Positions 8,457 to 18,306 of a DNA stretch of 64,000 nucleotides are shown piece after piece; within the stretch, counting starts at the first letter, position 1; each line of letters opens with the position of its first letter. Source of the DNA: a virus; the IMG/VR virus record IMGVR_UViG_3300022839_000011, positions 24,701 through 88,700 of that record. One strand, 5' to 3'. Under the pieces are notes generated by a model. The model was not told where the DNA came from and did not search any database. It was given only the letters and a program-made list of their open reading frames with translations. The translations under genes were made by a program, and so were the position numbers.

Positions 8457-10541
8457 TTAGACTCTTACTATTGTGTTGGGGGTGCGGAAGTCTTTTTTGC
8501 GCATTATCGTTTTAGCGACCACACGCAATTCATCTTTGCTTCTATCATATTCTACTGCAATAGGCATATTAAGATTTGATTGCATATCTTTTATGACCGC
8601 TTCAGTGTCAGTAAATTTTGTTAATGATTTACTATCTGCTTTGTTCAAGTCATATATTTTTTTAATCATAGCCGCCAATTCACGCATAGTAATACAAGGC
8701 GAATTTCTTTCATCAGACATTCTTTCTCTAAAATGCTTAGTGAAGTCAAAATCAATTTTAAACTTGGCAAATAGTTTGTCTACCAGTTTTTCAAATTCGC
8801 GCATTTGCGCCATAGTCAGAACAGTACAAGAATCGTTTTCATTAATCTCCGAAAATGCCTCATAAAGACCGCTCTCGTTTATGCCAACATTTTTTACTTT
8901 TGGGTACTTGTTGATCAATTTTATCAACTCTTTGGCCTTCATCGTTGCTTTAAGAGCAGGAATTTTTATGCCGAGGTTCTTTGCAGCTAACCATCTATGA
9001 TGACCATCAATCACATAGTTGTCAGAGCTTATGATTATAGCTTTTGGCTCTACATTAGATTTGTTCATCTTTGCCATTTTATCAGCAACTTTGTCAGCAT
9101 CAAATTCTTTTTGTGATGCCATTAGTTTTGATGGGTCTGCAATTTTTTTATCAATTGATACGTTATTGGATTTGAGATAATTCTTAAAATCATCCATGTC
9201 CTTACTAGAAACTTGTGGCATTTTATCTCTTTTGATGCCAAGTGTGTCTTTGGCTTTAGGTAGTGACATGCTGTATTCTTTCAGGCCCATTACGCTTCTG
9301 GATTCTAAAATTGCTTCTACATATTCATGCTTAACTATATGCAACTTACCATCTCGTTCGCGTATGCGCATTCTGCCAGTTTTAGCATCAGTTCCTACGA
9401 AAATGCCTTTGGTTGATATCGGTTGTCCTATAATAGATGGCTGTTCAAATGCCACATTCATACCACGTCGTATCATAGAGTTTAATGCTGACTCATTTTG
9501 ATATGGCGTGTCTTTTTTTAATATCCTTACCAAACTATCGGTGCCATATTCGCGCTGTGACGGCGTGGAGTTATTTTCCTTGAAACCATATTTTCCTTTT
9601 AATGCTGAATGATCTTTTGGTTCTTTTATATTTGGGTCGCCAAACTTTTTAATATACATGTTCATGATTTCTCTAGGACCGACGCTAACGCCTGCTGCAC
9701 CACTAATTTCATATGCTATGTCATACAAATTTGTGCCCTTCAAGACATGTTTATGAACTGCGCTTATAACTTTGTCCAATATCGTTTGTTCGTCCAGATT
9801 CTGGTAATCTATACTTTCGCCAAACAAATAATTTTCATATGCTTCAACCATTTCGCAAAGCTTTTCTGATTCCGCAATAGATTCAGTCTGCTCGCTATTT
9901 TTTTTGCTGAAAATCTTAAATCTGTTATCAAATTTTACAGAGTTGTCTTTTTCAAGTGCCATGTGATATCTTTTTTTGATGTTTGTGTCTGCTAAAGAAG
10001 CCTCATATAGAAAGTCTTCGAACCGATTGTCTAAAGATTCTTTCTTGGTTGATCTTAATTTTGACAATCTTTCGACTTCCGCCTTCCTAACTATGGGCAG
10101 TTGTCTTGTTGCTATTCTGTCTATCGCTGCTTTGGGAACTCTTGCCAGCCGCTTGTCTAGTGCCACTTTTTCAGAAGGTGTCATTTCACTATATGATTTA
10201 TTTTTCATAAGCCTTTGGCGTATCATATTACGAGCAGTTTTTCGAGCTCTTAGCTTCAACTTTTCTGGTGATGCTTTTCTTTTCTTTGAACGCGCCCTTG
10301 CAGCTACAATTTTACTTTTGAATTTACGCATGATCATAGCACGTTTTCTTCTTTGTGCAATATTCAAAGGGGCCTCATCTAACGAATCGAAATGTGATAA
10401 CAAATCATCATCATCTAACCCTTCAAGGTAAATATCCATTTCTTCTTCGTTCATTGTAGGCTCAGTCTCAATATATTTTTTGCTGTCATGAGTTTTGGAA
10501 TTGTCTTTTTTATTTGTCTTTTTTGTGTCATCATCAGCCAT
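8457..10541 (-). CDS. multidomain virion polyprotein with a ParB/Srx-like domain and a C-terminal putative RNase-like domain
   Basis: IIISSDNYVIDGHHRWLAA (ParB-N); FTKHFRER..KTIMRK C-terminal domain; many L/I-x-E sites. Confidence 0.6.
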   Translation of the reverse strand: MADDDTKKTNKKDNSKTHDSKKYIETEPTMNEEEMDIYLEGLDDDDLLSHFDSLDEAPLNIAQRRKRAMIMRKFKSKIVAARARSKKRKASPEKLKLRARKTARNMIRQRLMKNKSYSEMTPSEKVALDKRLARVPKAAIDRIATRQLPIVRKAEVERLSKLRSTKKESLDNRFEDFLYEASLADTNIKKRYHMALEKDNSVKFDNRFKIFSKKNSEQTESIAESEKLCEMVEAYENYLFGESIDYQNLDEQTILDKVISAVHKHVLKGTNLYDIAYEISGAAGVSVGPREIMNMYIKKFGDPNIKEPKDHSALKGKYGFKENNSTPSQREYGTDSLVRILKKDTPYQNESALNSMIRRGMNVAFEQPSIIGQPISTKGIFVGTDAKTGRMRIRERDGKLHIVKHEYVEAILESRSVMGLKEYSMSLPKAKDTLGIKRDKMPQVSSKDMDDFKNYLKSNNVSIDKKIADPSKLMASQKEFDADKVADKMAKMNKSNVEPKAIIISSDNYVIDGHHRWLAAKNLGIKIPALKATMKAKELIKLINKYPKVKNVGINESGLYEAFSEINENDSCTVLTMAQMREFEKLVDKLFAKFKIDFDFTKHFRERMSDERNSPCITMRELAAMIKKIYDLNKADSKSLTKFTDTEAVIKDMQSNLNMPIAVEYDRSKDELRVVAKTIMRKKDFRTPNTIVRV

Positions 10542-10602
10542 TTCGATTTCCTCTGAATAAGATAATATGTGTATTTATGATAGCGCAAATTGCACTTTAA
10601 TC

Positions 10603-10610
10603 TATTTATA
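10603..10610 (-). promoter_or_regulatory. late promoter TATAAATA
   Basis: Exact motif upstream of the internal-protein operon. Confidence 0.7.
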
Positions 10611-10655
10611 CAAAAAGGGGGCGCGATGCCCCCTTTTCAGTTCTCGATTTGATTT

Positions 10656-10826
10656 TTATATTTTGGCAAGAAACCTATTATACTTCTGTATCGGTGCATC
10701 ACCTTTCGACAAAAGACGCTGCCTTCTTTCTAATTCTTCAAGGTTTTCTGATGATGCCAAATAATTATACTCATCGTCATGGGATTTGAAAATAAAGTCA
10801 CGAAGCCATTTGATTGTGTTTTTCAT
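10656..10826 (-). CDS. 56-aa DUF3563-like protein (not in ORF track)
   Basis: MKNTIKWLRDFIFKSHDDEYNYLASSENLEELERRQRLL..; YLA.S....LERR motif. Confidence 0.55.
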   Translation of the reverse strand: MKNTIKWLRDFIFKSHDDEYNYLASSENLEELERRQRLLSKGDAPIQKYNRFLAKI

Positions 10827-11124
10827 TATATAATACCAGTAAATGGAATTCTACCATTTGTAATTTCATAGTAAGCAAACAGATAGTCTTTTTTATACTC
10901 TGTTTTTGCCCATCTCATTATATTAATGTCAATGGATACACTATTGTATCCAAAAATATTTCTTAAAAACCTCATGTCATTTCCTATCTTATTGATGTAC
11001 TTATTTATATCTACATTACACTAAAAAGAGAGTAAATTGTAATTTATTATAGCATATCTAACATGCATTTTTTGCATACCTAATATAAAAGGCGACCAGT
11101 TGGTTATACTGGTCGCCTCTTTTC

Positions 11125-12747
11125 TCACAACTGCAAATTGGTGCATTTTCCATTTATGACATTAATAAGCTGTCTCTGCCCATTTTCTGCCACCAAGCAA
11201 GAGGTGTGAGTCCAAGATGAAGGCCCTCTATTATAGCCTAAATCTAGTTTGGAAACAGTACCAACTCTAAACACTCCCCTTTGTATTGCGCCTGTGTGGT
11301 TATGTCCTACCACACAATCACCATACACCTGTTCTAAGCCATTAAGTGATGGTTTAGCACCATTCAACCCCAAATCGCCATGAGAACCACATTCTATATT
11401 TGCTACCTTTGAAGAGTCATCCCTTGATAAGAAAACCCAACTATTAGGTATCTTATTATTAGTCAACTTGAACCCGCGCTTCAACACGTCTTCATCTTCA
11501 AAAAGTGCAGTTGCAATCTTCAATGATAGGTAGTGGTTTTTGGGGTCTTCAACATATCTACCGCTTGATATGTATCTTGTGAGAAATTCATCGTGGTTAG
11601 ATTTTACGATATATATCTTGCTTGGTTTTAAAGCAATATCAATGCTTTTAATTAAATCGAAGGTTTGTTCGAGCTCATCATGCAAATCTTCTTCGCCGCT
11701 CAATGCCCTTTGGCTTCTTTCTACTATAGATTTGACATGATGGCTAATACTGTACCCATCAAATACATCATGTAGATAAATGCTTTTTACTTTCATTTTT
11801 GAAAAGGTGTTGATGAATGCATCAAGTGCGTCTTTATCCACACTTGTTCCATGAAGATCCCCAAATACAATATTAATTGGTATGTCTTTGACCTGACCAT
11901 TTGGCATATACATCTTACCAAGATCAACAAAAGCACCGCTTTCATCACATTGTATTTGTCTAAAATGAAATAACTTATCATCTTCAATTTCTACAATTAT
12001 AGCACCCATCTTGTGGTCGAAATCTGCAATATATGACAATCTCTTTGACATAAAAAAATCAGAATAGTATTGAGGTAAAGTACAAGCACCTGTTGTCATT
12101 ATTGAATAGTTTTTACCTCTACTGTTCCCAGCAGGAATATATTCTAAGAATTGTTTAGGACTTGCAAAAATATTAGACCCTTCACGGTTTCCGAGTCGTG
12201 ATAACCCAGTAATTGGTTTAATTTGTTTTGCCGAAACTTGAATACTACATAGCGAAATGTTTTCGTTTAATGGCGTGTCTGCTTGAACAAACAAATATGA
12301 GGGATCACTGAATACTGGATCAAAAACTGCAGTTTTGTTTTCGAAACTATTGGTTATGCTTTCACAAGGCATGATTGCAGCCTGCGCATCATTTCTTTTG
12401 CAAAATGTCTTAATAGCATCAAGAAACCCGTGATGGGCCTTACAGTTTCCTACCGCAGTAGTTACAATAAACACTTTTTTGTTGCTGTTAATCAAGTTTT
12501 TATTAGATGCAAATATGTCATCAACTGAAAAGAAATGCTCTGAAAGAAATTCTTCGTGATTGTCTTTTACAAATTGATGAAGGGTTTCTATTCCACCAAA
12601 TCTTCCTCTTAGTATATCTCTGGTTATGCCATGCACAAGAAAATCTTTATATACAGGCAACCCTTTCTTTTCTGCTATGATAGTTTTGTAGAGGTCTACT
12701 ATTTGTTGGTTTTTATCCTCGTCTTGCTTGTTGATATCTTCATCCAT
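11125..12747 (-). CDS. T5 A1-like calcineurin-type metallophosphoesterase/nuclease
   Basis: KVFIVTTAV..HHGFL N-domain; GDLHG, HDVFDG, SNHD, HGD.G.NG and GHNH motifs. Confidence 0.7.
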   Translation of the reverse strand: MDEDINKQDEDKNQQIVDLYKTIIAEKKGLPVYKDFLVHGITRDILRGRFGGIETLHQFVKDNHEEFLSEHFFSVDDIFASNKNLINSNKKVFIVTTAVGNCKAHHGFLDAIKTFCKRNDAQAAIMPCESITNSFENKTAVFDPVFSDPSYLFVQADTPLNENISLCSIQVSAKQIKPITGLSRLGNREGSNIFASPKQFLEYIPAGNSRGKNYSIMTTGACTLPQYYSDFFMSKRLSYIADFDHKMGAIIVEIEDDKLFHFRQIQCDESGAFVDLGKMYMPNGQVKDIPINIVFGDLHGTSVDKDALDAFINTFSKMKVKSIYLHDVFDGYSISHHVKSIVERSQRALSGEEDLHDELEQTFDLIKSIDIALKPSKIYIVKSNHDEFLTRYISSGRYVEDPKNHYLSLKIATALFEDEDVLKRGFKLTNNKIPNSWVFLSRDDSSKVANIECGSHGDLGLNGAKPSLNGLEQVYGDCVVGHNHTGAIQRGVFRVGTVSKLDLGYNRGPSSWTHTSCLVAENGQRQLINVINGKCTNLQL

Positions 12748-12762
12748 GCGTTATATTTCCCA

Positions 12763-13299
12763 TCACTCTATATTTTGTATTTCTGAAAGAACAACCATTC
12801 TTTCAATCGATTCCATGGCATATGTTCGGATAATAACCTTGTCACTGATACCACCTTGTGATTCTTCTGACGATTTAGGAGGCTCCAACCCTTCAATATC
12901 ATCTTTTTCAATTGGTTCGCCATCTAAGAAATATGTCGAAGCACCAGATTCTTTAAAAAAGCACTCTATGTAAAAGTTGCCTTTGTGTTCTACAAAAGGC
13001 GTGTCTTCGATTCTACTTCCCCATGGGCGTGGTTTGAGAACAAATTCTTCAGGGTCTTTGCCTTCTTTTTCCATGCGGGATTTTACCATACTTTCATAAG
13101 CATTCTTTACATTTGAGCACAAAACAACTTTAGAACCAGCGACCAACTTAGTTACTTTGCCTTGCATTGGATTCTTTTTTCCACCTTTTAGCTGGACTTT
13201 TGTTATGGTATCTATGTCAACCAGATAAGATCCTTTAAGAGCCTCAATTTTTGACCTAACGACATCAAAAGTTTCTTCCCTGCCTTCTATAATAATCAT
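12763..13299 (-). CDS. hypothetical protein
   Basis: ORF in operon; PRPWG..TPFVEHKG.Y motif. Confidence 0.6.
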   Translation of the reverse strand: MIIIEGREETFDVVRSKIEALKGSYLVDIDTITKVQLKGGKKNPMQGKVTKLVAGSKVVLCSNVKNAYESMVKSRMEKEGKDPEEFVLKPRPWGSRIEDTPFVEHKGNFYIECFFKESGASTYFLDGEPIEKDDIEGLEPPKSSEESQGGISDKVIIRTYAMESIERMVVLSEIQNIE

Positions 13300-13490
13300 G
13301 TTTTAATCCTTTTAAAATTCAAATCCGCAAAAAAATGTGGCGTGAAACCACGGAATCCAGCACCTGTGTTAAGATTTTTGCAAATGTTTTCTGCACTTGT
13401 TTCATTTGCACTTAATTTAATAGTCGTCTGCGTCACCTTTTCTACAATATCAAAATGCTGCTTTTCGTTGCGTATAACAGTATAGCTCAT
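13296..13490 (-). CDS. hypothetical protein
   Basis: Coupled to neighbours; LN.G.GF.GFTP.FF motif. Confidence 0.6.
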   Translation of the reverse strand: MSYTVIRNEKQHFDIVEKVTQTTIKLSANETSAENICKNLNTGAGFRGFTPHFFADLNFKRIKT

Positions 13491-14062
13491 TAAAAATCTC
13501 CTACATCAAATAATTTGTTTTTCTTAATCTTATGTATGTTATTATAGTTATTGTCTTGACTTATATTTTCAGTATGACTATTATTCTCATTCATTACTGT
13601 TTTTTGGACACTTGCATCTAAATTGCGCAGTTTCATTCTTGGCTTATCAAGACCTATCACAAATCTACGATTTACATTGATATCACCCCATCTATTTTTT
13701 AGCTGCTTGATCATGAGTTGCCCCATATTTTCAAGATCTTCCGATGTTATTAAGGCAAATATGGCATCCGCTGTATGTGTTATGCCCATACTATTTTTTG
13801 TTAATATGTCGTTGCAATAGAATAGCTGGTTTCCGGTTACAGATATATCAACAGTTTCTAATTCACCAACTTCTGAAATCTCTACGATCTCATCATCATA
13901 GTCTATTTTGCAGTCTTCTATTTGCTGCTTTTCTATCTTTTCAATTTCTATGGATATCAATAGATCTGTTAGCTGAAACACATCCATATCTTTTACCATT
14001 CCGTTGATTATCATATGCTCTGCTTTTAGATAACATACGGATTCCAATTTTTCATTCATCAT
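13490..14062 (-). CDS. 41: gp41 helicase C-terminal part preceded by split-intein C fragment (aa 1-90)
   Basis: ..ETVDISVTGNQLFYCNDILTKN|SMGITHTAD..QLKNRWGD: intein blocks F/G, Ser+1, helicase motif H4. Confidence 0.92.
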   Translation of the reverse strand: MMNEKLESVCYLKAEHMIINGMVKDMDVFQLTDLLISIEIEKIEKQQIEDCKIDYDDEIVEISEVGELETVDISVTGNQLFYCNDILTKNSMGITHTADAIFALITSEDLENMGQLMIKQLKNRWGDINVNRRFVIGLDKPRMKLRNLDASVQKTVMNENNSHTENISQDNNYNNIHKIKKNKLFDVGDF

Positions 14063-14072
14063 ATACTACCTT

Positions 14073-15455
14073 TCACTTGCTATTCAAGAAAGAGCCCACA
14101 TCCAAACCTTCGTTGTAAGAAAGTCTCGATACACGACCGTCTATTGATTTAGATGGGAAAACATGGTCTTTACTAACAATTATGGTTTTTCCTTTTTTTG
14201 TCTTTATGGATATACAATCTTTTAACTTGGGATGATGTACCATTGTTACTATTTTAGTACCATCTTCAGTCTGTACCCTATCGTTGGGCATTAGGTGTTG
14301 TATTTCGATTACATCCCCATTCGATTTGGTTACTTTTTCATGTTTGTATATACATTCTGAAGTATTTGTCAAATCTACGTCCGAATTTCCAAACCCAGAC
14401 CTGTTTAATTGTGAACTTGATACAATAGGGACATTATACTCTACCGCCAAGCCTCTAACTTCTTCTGCTATTGACTTCACTAAAGTATATGAATTCGCAG
14501 CCGCAGCCCCTCGAATTCTGGATGATGCACATATATTTATGTAGTCTAAAAATATGATGTCAGGTTTGAAGTTTTTCTTTTGTCGCAATTCATTCAATAG
14601 ATTTCTGAAATGCCCAACATGCGCAGAACTTGTAGGATACTCTTTGATAACCAATTTCCCAGGTGTATTCTCTTTGAATTTGTTTATTTTTTTGGTATAT
14701 GCAGTAAAAGGTAGATCCATTATTTCATCAAGTGTTATGTCTAAAATATTGGCATCAATTCTTCTACCTACTTCTTCCTCACTCAATTCTGCCGTAATAT
14801 ACAGAACATTTTTGCCAAAAAGTAAATGTGCCGCCGCCATATGGCACTTTACAATACTTTTGCCTGTACCAGTCGCACCTAAGAATAATGTAAGTGACTT
14901 CTTTGGCAATCCACCCTTAGTGATGGTATTGAACATATCAAGATCAAAGGGAATGCGTTCTTCTTTTCTATGATAGTATTCAAACCGCGATTCAAAATCT
15001 TCAAGGAAATCGTGCCCGATATGACTATCGAAACTAATTGACAGTGACTTTGAAAGAAGATCGGGGATTGCGCCTTTGTCTAACTCTTGGTCTTTGCCAT
15101 CTAGAATTAGGATAGATTTTCTAATTGAATTGAAAAGGTCTTTATCTTGGCAGAATTTTTCTGTCTCGTCTACCAACCAATCAATATTGGTTTCAGGGTC
15201 AACTTTCAGTTCTGATAACTTGTCAATAACTTCTTTAAATAGATTTTCGTTTAGGTCTTTTCTACCTTCCAAAGAAACCGCCAAGGCTTCTTTGGAAGGT
15301 GTTACTTTGTATTTTTCTACTAAAATAGAAAATGTGTCCAGTATTTTTTTCGAAGATATGTCGTCAAAATAATCTTCTTTGATGTATGGAAAAACCTTTT
15401 GGAAGTATTCAACATTGTATAGTAAGTTGGCAAGTATAGTGTTTTCCAATGACAT
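14073..15455 (-). CDS. 41: gp41 helicase N-terminal part followed by split-intein N fragment (93 aa, 14076-14354)
   Basis: Walker A GATGTGKS, DYINIC, SQLNRSG..TSE|CIYKHEKV..VSKDHVF (intein blocks A/B). Confidence 0.95.
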   Translation of the reverse strand: MSLENTILANLLYNVEYFQKVFPYIKEDYFDDISSKKILDTFSILVEKYKVTPSKEALAVSLEGRKDLNENLFKEVIDKLSELKVDPETNIDWLVDETEKFCQDKDLFNSIRKSILILDGKDQELDKGAIPDLLSKSLSISFDSHIGHDFLEDFESRFEYYHRKEERIPFDLDMFNTITKGGLPKKSLTLFLGATGTGKSIVKCHMAAAHLLFGKNVLYITAELSEEEVGRRIDANILDITLDEIMDLPFTAYTKKINKFKENTPGKLVIKEYPTSSAHVGHFRNLLNELRQKKNFKPDIIFLDYINICASSRIRGAAAANSYTLVKSIAEEVRGLAVEYNVPIVSSSQLNRSGFGNSDVDLTNTSECIYKHEKVTKSNGDVIEIQHLMPNDRVQTEDGTKIVTMVHHPKLKDCISIKTKKGKTIIVSKDHVFPSKSIDGRVSRLSYNEGLDVGSFLNSK

Positions 15456-15460
15456 TCTTA

Positions 15461-16006
15461 TTATTCCTCTTCTTCATCCACCTCCACATCATCATTGGGT
15501 ATGACTCCGTTTTGATTCATTTTAAACTTGCTTTCAATAAATTTCTTAAATACTGGGTCCGATATCAACTTTTTGAAAAATTTGTCATCTGTTTCAATGT
15601 CTTTGGCGCGTCTTTTGCTTTCATTGATCTCGCCTGTTTCCATATCTACAGTGCTATACCACCCTTGGTTTATCTTTACGATGCTACCATATTCTATAGC
15701 CAAATCGAAAAGTGATGACCATTTTTGGATGCCTGTCTCATACAATACTGTAAATGGCAGTTTGGCTTTTTCTCTCACAAATCTTGATTTTTCAATATTG
15801 ATTGTGAATTTGTATCCAGCGATTTCTGTACCTTCTTTTTCTTGCGCTTTGCCAATCACAAAAATTTGATTTGATGAGTAAGTTACCGCTGTATTATGTG
15901 TTACTACCCCATTTTCCAACACATAATGATGAACATCTTTCACTGTTATATCATATACTTCTTTTTTTCCTACACTCTTAATAGATTTAATTTTCAAGTC
16001 TTTCAT
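15461..16006 (-). CDS. uvsX: UvsX C-terminal part preceded by split-intein C fragment (38 aa)
   Basis: MKDLKIKSIKSVGKKEVYDITV..ENGVVTHN|TAVTYSS..EKSRFVREK; ATG 16006 preferred over 16033. Confidence 0.92.
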   Translation of the reverse strand: MKDLKIKSIKSVGKKEVYDITVKDVHHYVLENGVVTHNTAVTYSSNQIFVIGKAQEKEGTEIAGYKFTINIEKSRFVREKAKLPFTVLYETGIQKWSSLFDLAIEYGSIVKINQGWYSTVDMETGEINESKRRAKDIETDDKFFKKLISDPVFKKFIESKFKMNQNGVIPNDDVEVDEEEE

Positions 16007-16955
16007 CCTTTTTATACCGATTTTTACGACCATAATAGAAACCTTTTGGCAAAGGCTCTTCTGCTTTCAATTTAATATTTGAATCGCCATTGGTAGCCCA
16101 ACGGGACTTATTTGGTTTACCTTCATGAGCAAGTTTATACGGATTTTGCCATATTGTCAAATCATAGTCACACATTTCTTCTTTTTTTATTCGAATAGCA
16201 ACGCCAGTGTTTTTATTTTTTAACATTATCATATCTTTCCTCGATCTCTTTTTATTAGATTCGGGGCTTTTTGGAACTCCTCTGAAATTCTTTATGGCAA
16301 CTTCAGAATTTATTTTTTTAACTTCGGCATATCGTTCTGGATTTTCATCGTAAAAGTTTTTTCTTGTAACCAACATTTTACATTTAGAATCTTGGGTGTG
16401 CATTTTACCGTAGAATGAAGAATCTTCGCCATATCTCTTGTTTGAATCAATACGGCCCTTACTCCAACCATCAGGCGGTTCATCCAAAAATTGTTTCTCT
16501 ACATTGCCGTCGTTATAGGTTTTATATCCATAATTTGCATTTACGTACTCCCCGTTTATGACCAGAGGATGATCTTTTTTTAATTTGACGAAATCGCCCG
16601 TTCTGGCATTTCGATATGTGCCATATTCTGGGTTTGAATAATTTGATATGGTGGCCACTGCTTTATTGAAATATTTCGTATCAGATACAACATCCAAAAA
16701 AATGTGTAGATTTTTTTCGAAATCTAATGCATTGTCATAATCTTCAAAATAACCAAGAATTATGGTTTCTACATCACCTTCAATACATAATTGTTTATAT
16801 CCTTTCCATCTGGATGAACCGAAATATTTTTTCCCAGAATTTGTTATTATATTAGTACCGTCAAAAAAGCAGTTTGCTTTAGAGCCGATATAATAATACG
16901 GCTCTAAATTTTTTTCTTTTCTATCTTTTATAATTGTCATGTAAACTACGTTCAT
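15987..16955 (-). mobile_element. free-standing GIY-YIG (Seg-like) homing endonuclease with NUMOD-type repeats, inside fractured uvsX
   Basis: VVY..YYIGSK..YFGSS, E..H..YFN, FYGKMHT (NUMOD3-like); own late promoter. Confidence 0.85.
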
Positions 16956-16982
16956 TTAATAATCCTATACGTCGCATAAGTT

Positions 16983-16990
16983 TATTTATA
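16983..16990 (-). promoter_or_regulatory. late promoter for the endonuclease and uvsX-C
   Basis: Exact TATAAATA. Confidence 0.7.
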
Positions 16991-17003
16991 AGAACGGACT
17001 TTT

Positions 17004-17924
17004 CTATACGTCTAATGAAACGATATCATGGGAATCAGTGAGTTCACTCGCCTTGACCCAACCCTTTGTTGTCAAAAACGGGTGGTTGTGTGAACATACT
17101 ACAGAATGATCATCTTCAAATATAATTTCAAAACACTCTGGGGTTCCATTTTCTAATGTGTTTGGGTTCCAAGATTCTATAACTTCCTTGGGGCCTTCCA
17201 ATGTCAAAACCTCATCACCTGCTGAAATGTCTTGAACTTTTCTAAGAGAACCATCATGCATTACAATATTGGTATTTTTGGCCAAGCAACCTCCTGGGAT
17301 GATAGTTTTTGCATACATTGGGCCAATTTCAGTATATACATGATTTATCAGTATACATGGCAAATCTTTCATAGTCAAGTGTGGAGTTATGATTCTTAGC
17401 AAAGAACGAATAGCTTTTGCTCTTGACATATCTGCTACTGACTTTTCATTTTCCGCATCATCTACTTCTTTTTTAGAAGCAAGGTTTCCCAAAGAATCCA
17501 CCATGATGAAAACTTTATCACCACGTTTAATTTCTTCGAGCCGTTTCACAATATCAAATTTCAATTGCTCTACATGCTCAACTGGTATATGTATAACCCT
17601 ACCAGCATCAATGCCATTTGTCGCCAAATAATCTGGTGTGACGCCAAATTCCGAATCGTAAAGAAGTGCGACTGCATCAGGATATTTGTTAAAATATGCC
17701 TTCATACAATATAGTGCCAGCAATGTTTTGAAGCTTTTGCTTAGGCCAGCGAACACTGTAAGCCCAGGTATAAGGCCCCCATCTAACGAACCACTAAATG
17801 CGATGTTCAAAATTGGTAGGTCGGTAGGAATAACATCTTTGGTATTGAAAAATGTAGACTCGCTAAGTATGGCAGAAGTTTTGATTGCCCCTGATTTCTG
17901 CATTCGTTCTAGTAATGAACTCAT
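17004..17924 (-). CDS. uvsX: UvsX (RecA-like) N-terminal part followed by split-intein N fragment (94 aa, 17007-17288)
   Basis: AGLSKSFKT Walker A, YDSEFG, DSLGNLASKKE..IPGG|CLAKNTNIVMHDG..CSHNHPFLT. Confidence 0.95.
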   Translation of the reverse strand: MSSLLERMQKSGAIKTSAILSESTFFNTKDVIPTDLPILNIAFSGSLDGGLIPGLTVFAGLSKSFKTLLALYCMKAYFNKYPDAVALLYDSEFGVTPDYLATNGIDAGRVIHIPVEHVEQLKFDIVKRLEEIKRGDKVFIMVDSLGNLASKKEVDDAENEKSVADMSRAKAIRSLLRIITPHLTMKDLPCILINHVYTEIGPMYAKTIIPGGCLAKNTNIVMHDGSLRKVQDISAGDEVLTLEGPKEVIESWNPNTLENGTPECFEIIFEDDHSVVCSHNHPFLTTKGWVKASELTDSHDIVSLDV

Positions 17925-17967
17925 GTCAATTCCTTTCTGTTTGTTGATTGTTTTAGAGTGGGTGACA

Positions 17968-18250
17968 CTAACCCACTAAAAGTTTTTGTAGTCTATCTTG
18001 AAAATCATCTATTTTTGCCGTTCTGCCAGGCCAATATATAGTTGTTTTTTCTGGATTTTTTTTGAGATTTTCGAGAAACGGATTTATTGAATCAAACATA
18101 AGCCTAAGACGGTTTTGTAAATCTTCAATCATTTCTTCATCAGATTTGTTTTGTGTTTTCATTCTGGAAACTTCGATTTTTACTTCTTCAAAATCTTCGT
18201 CTACAAAGCTAAAGCCAAAATCATCATCTTGTGGTTTTAGATATTCTTTC
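17968..18250 (-). CDS. conserved T4-like hypothetical protein (start at MKEYLK, approximate)
   Basis: DDFGFSFVD..PFLENLKKNPEK..IYWP.R motif. Confidence 0.6.
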
Positions 18251-18306
18251 ATTTTATTCTCCAAGTAAGAAGGTTGTGGGAGGAGAAATGCCCCTCCCAC
18301 ATCTTT

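Noticed and set aside
16007-16033. Longer start for uvsX-C
   Set aside because: It lies inside the endonuclease gene; MKDLKIKSI is a typical IntC start.
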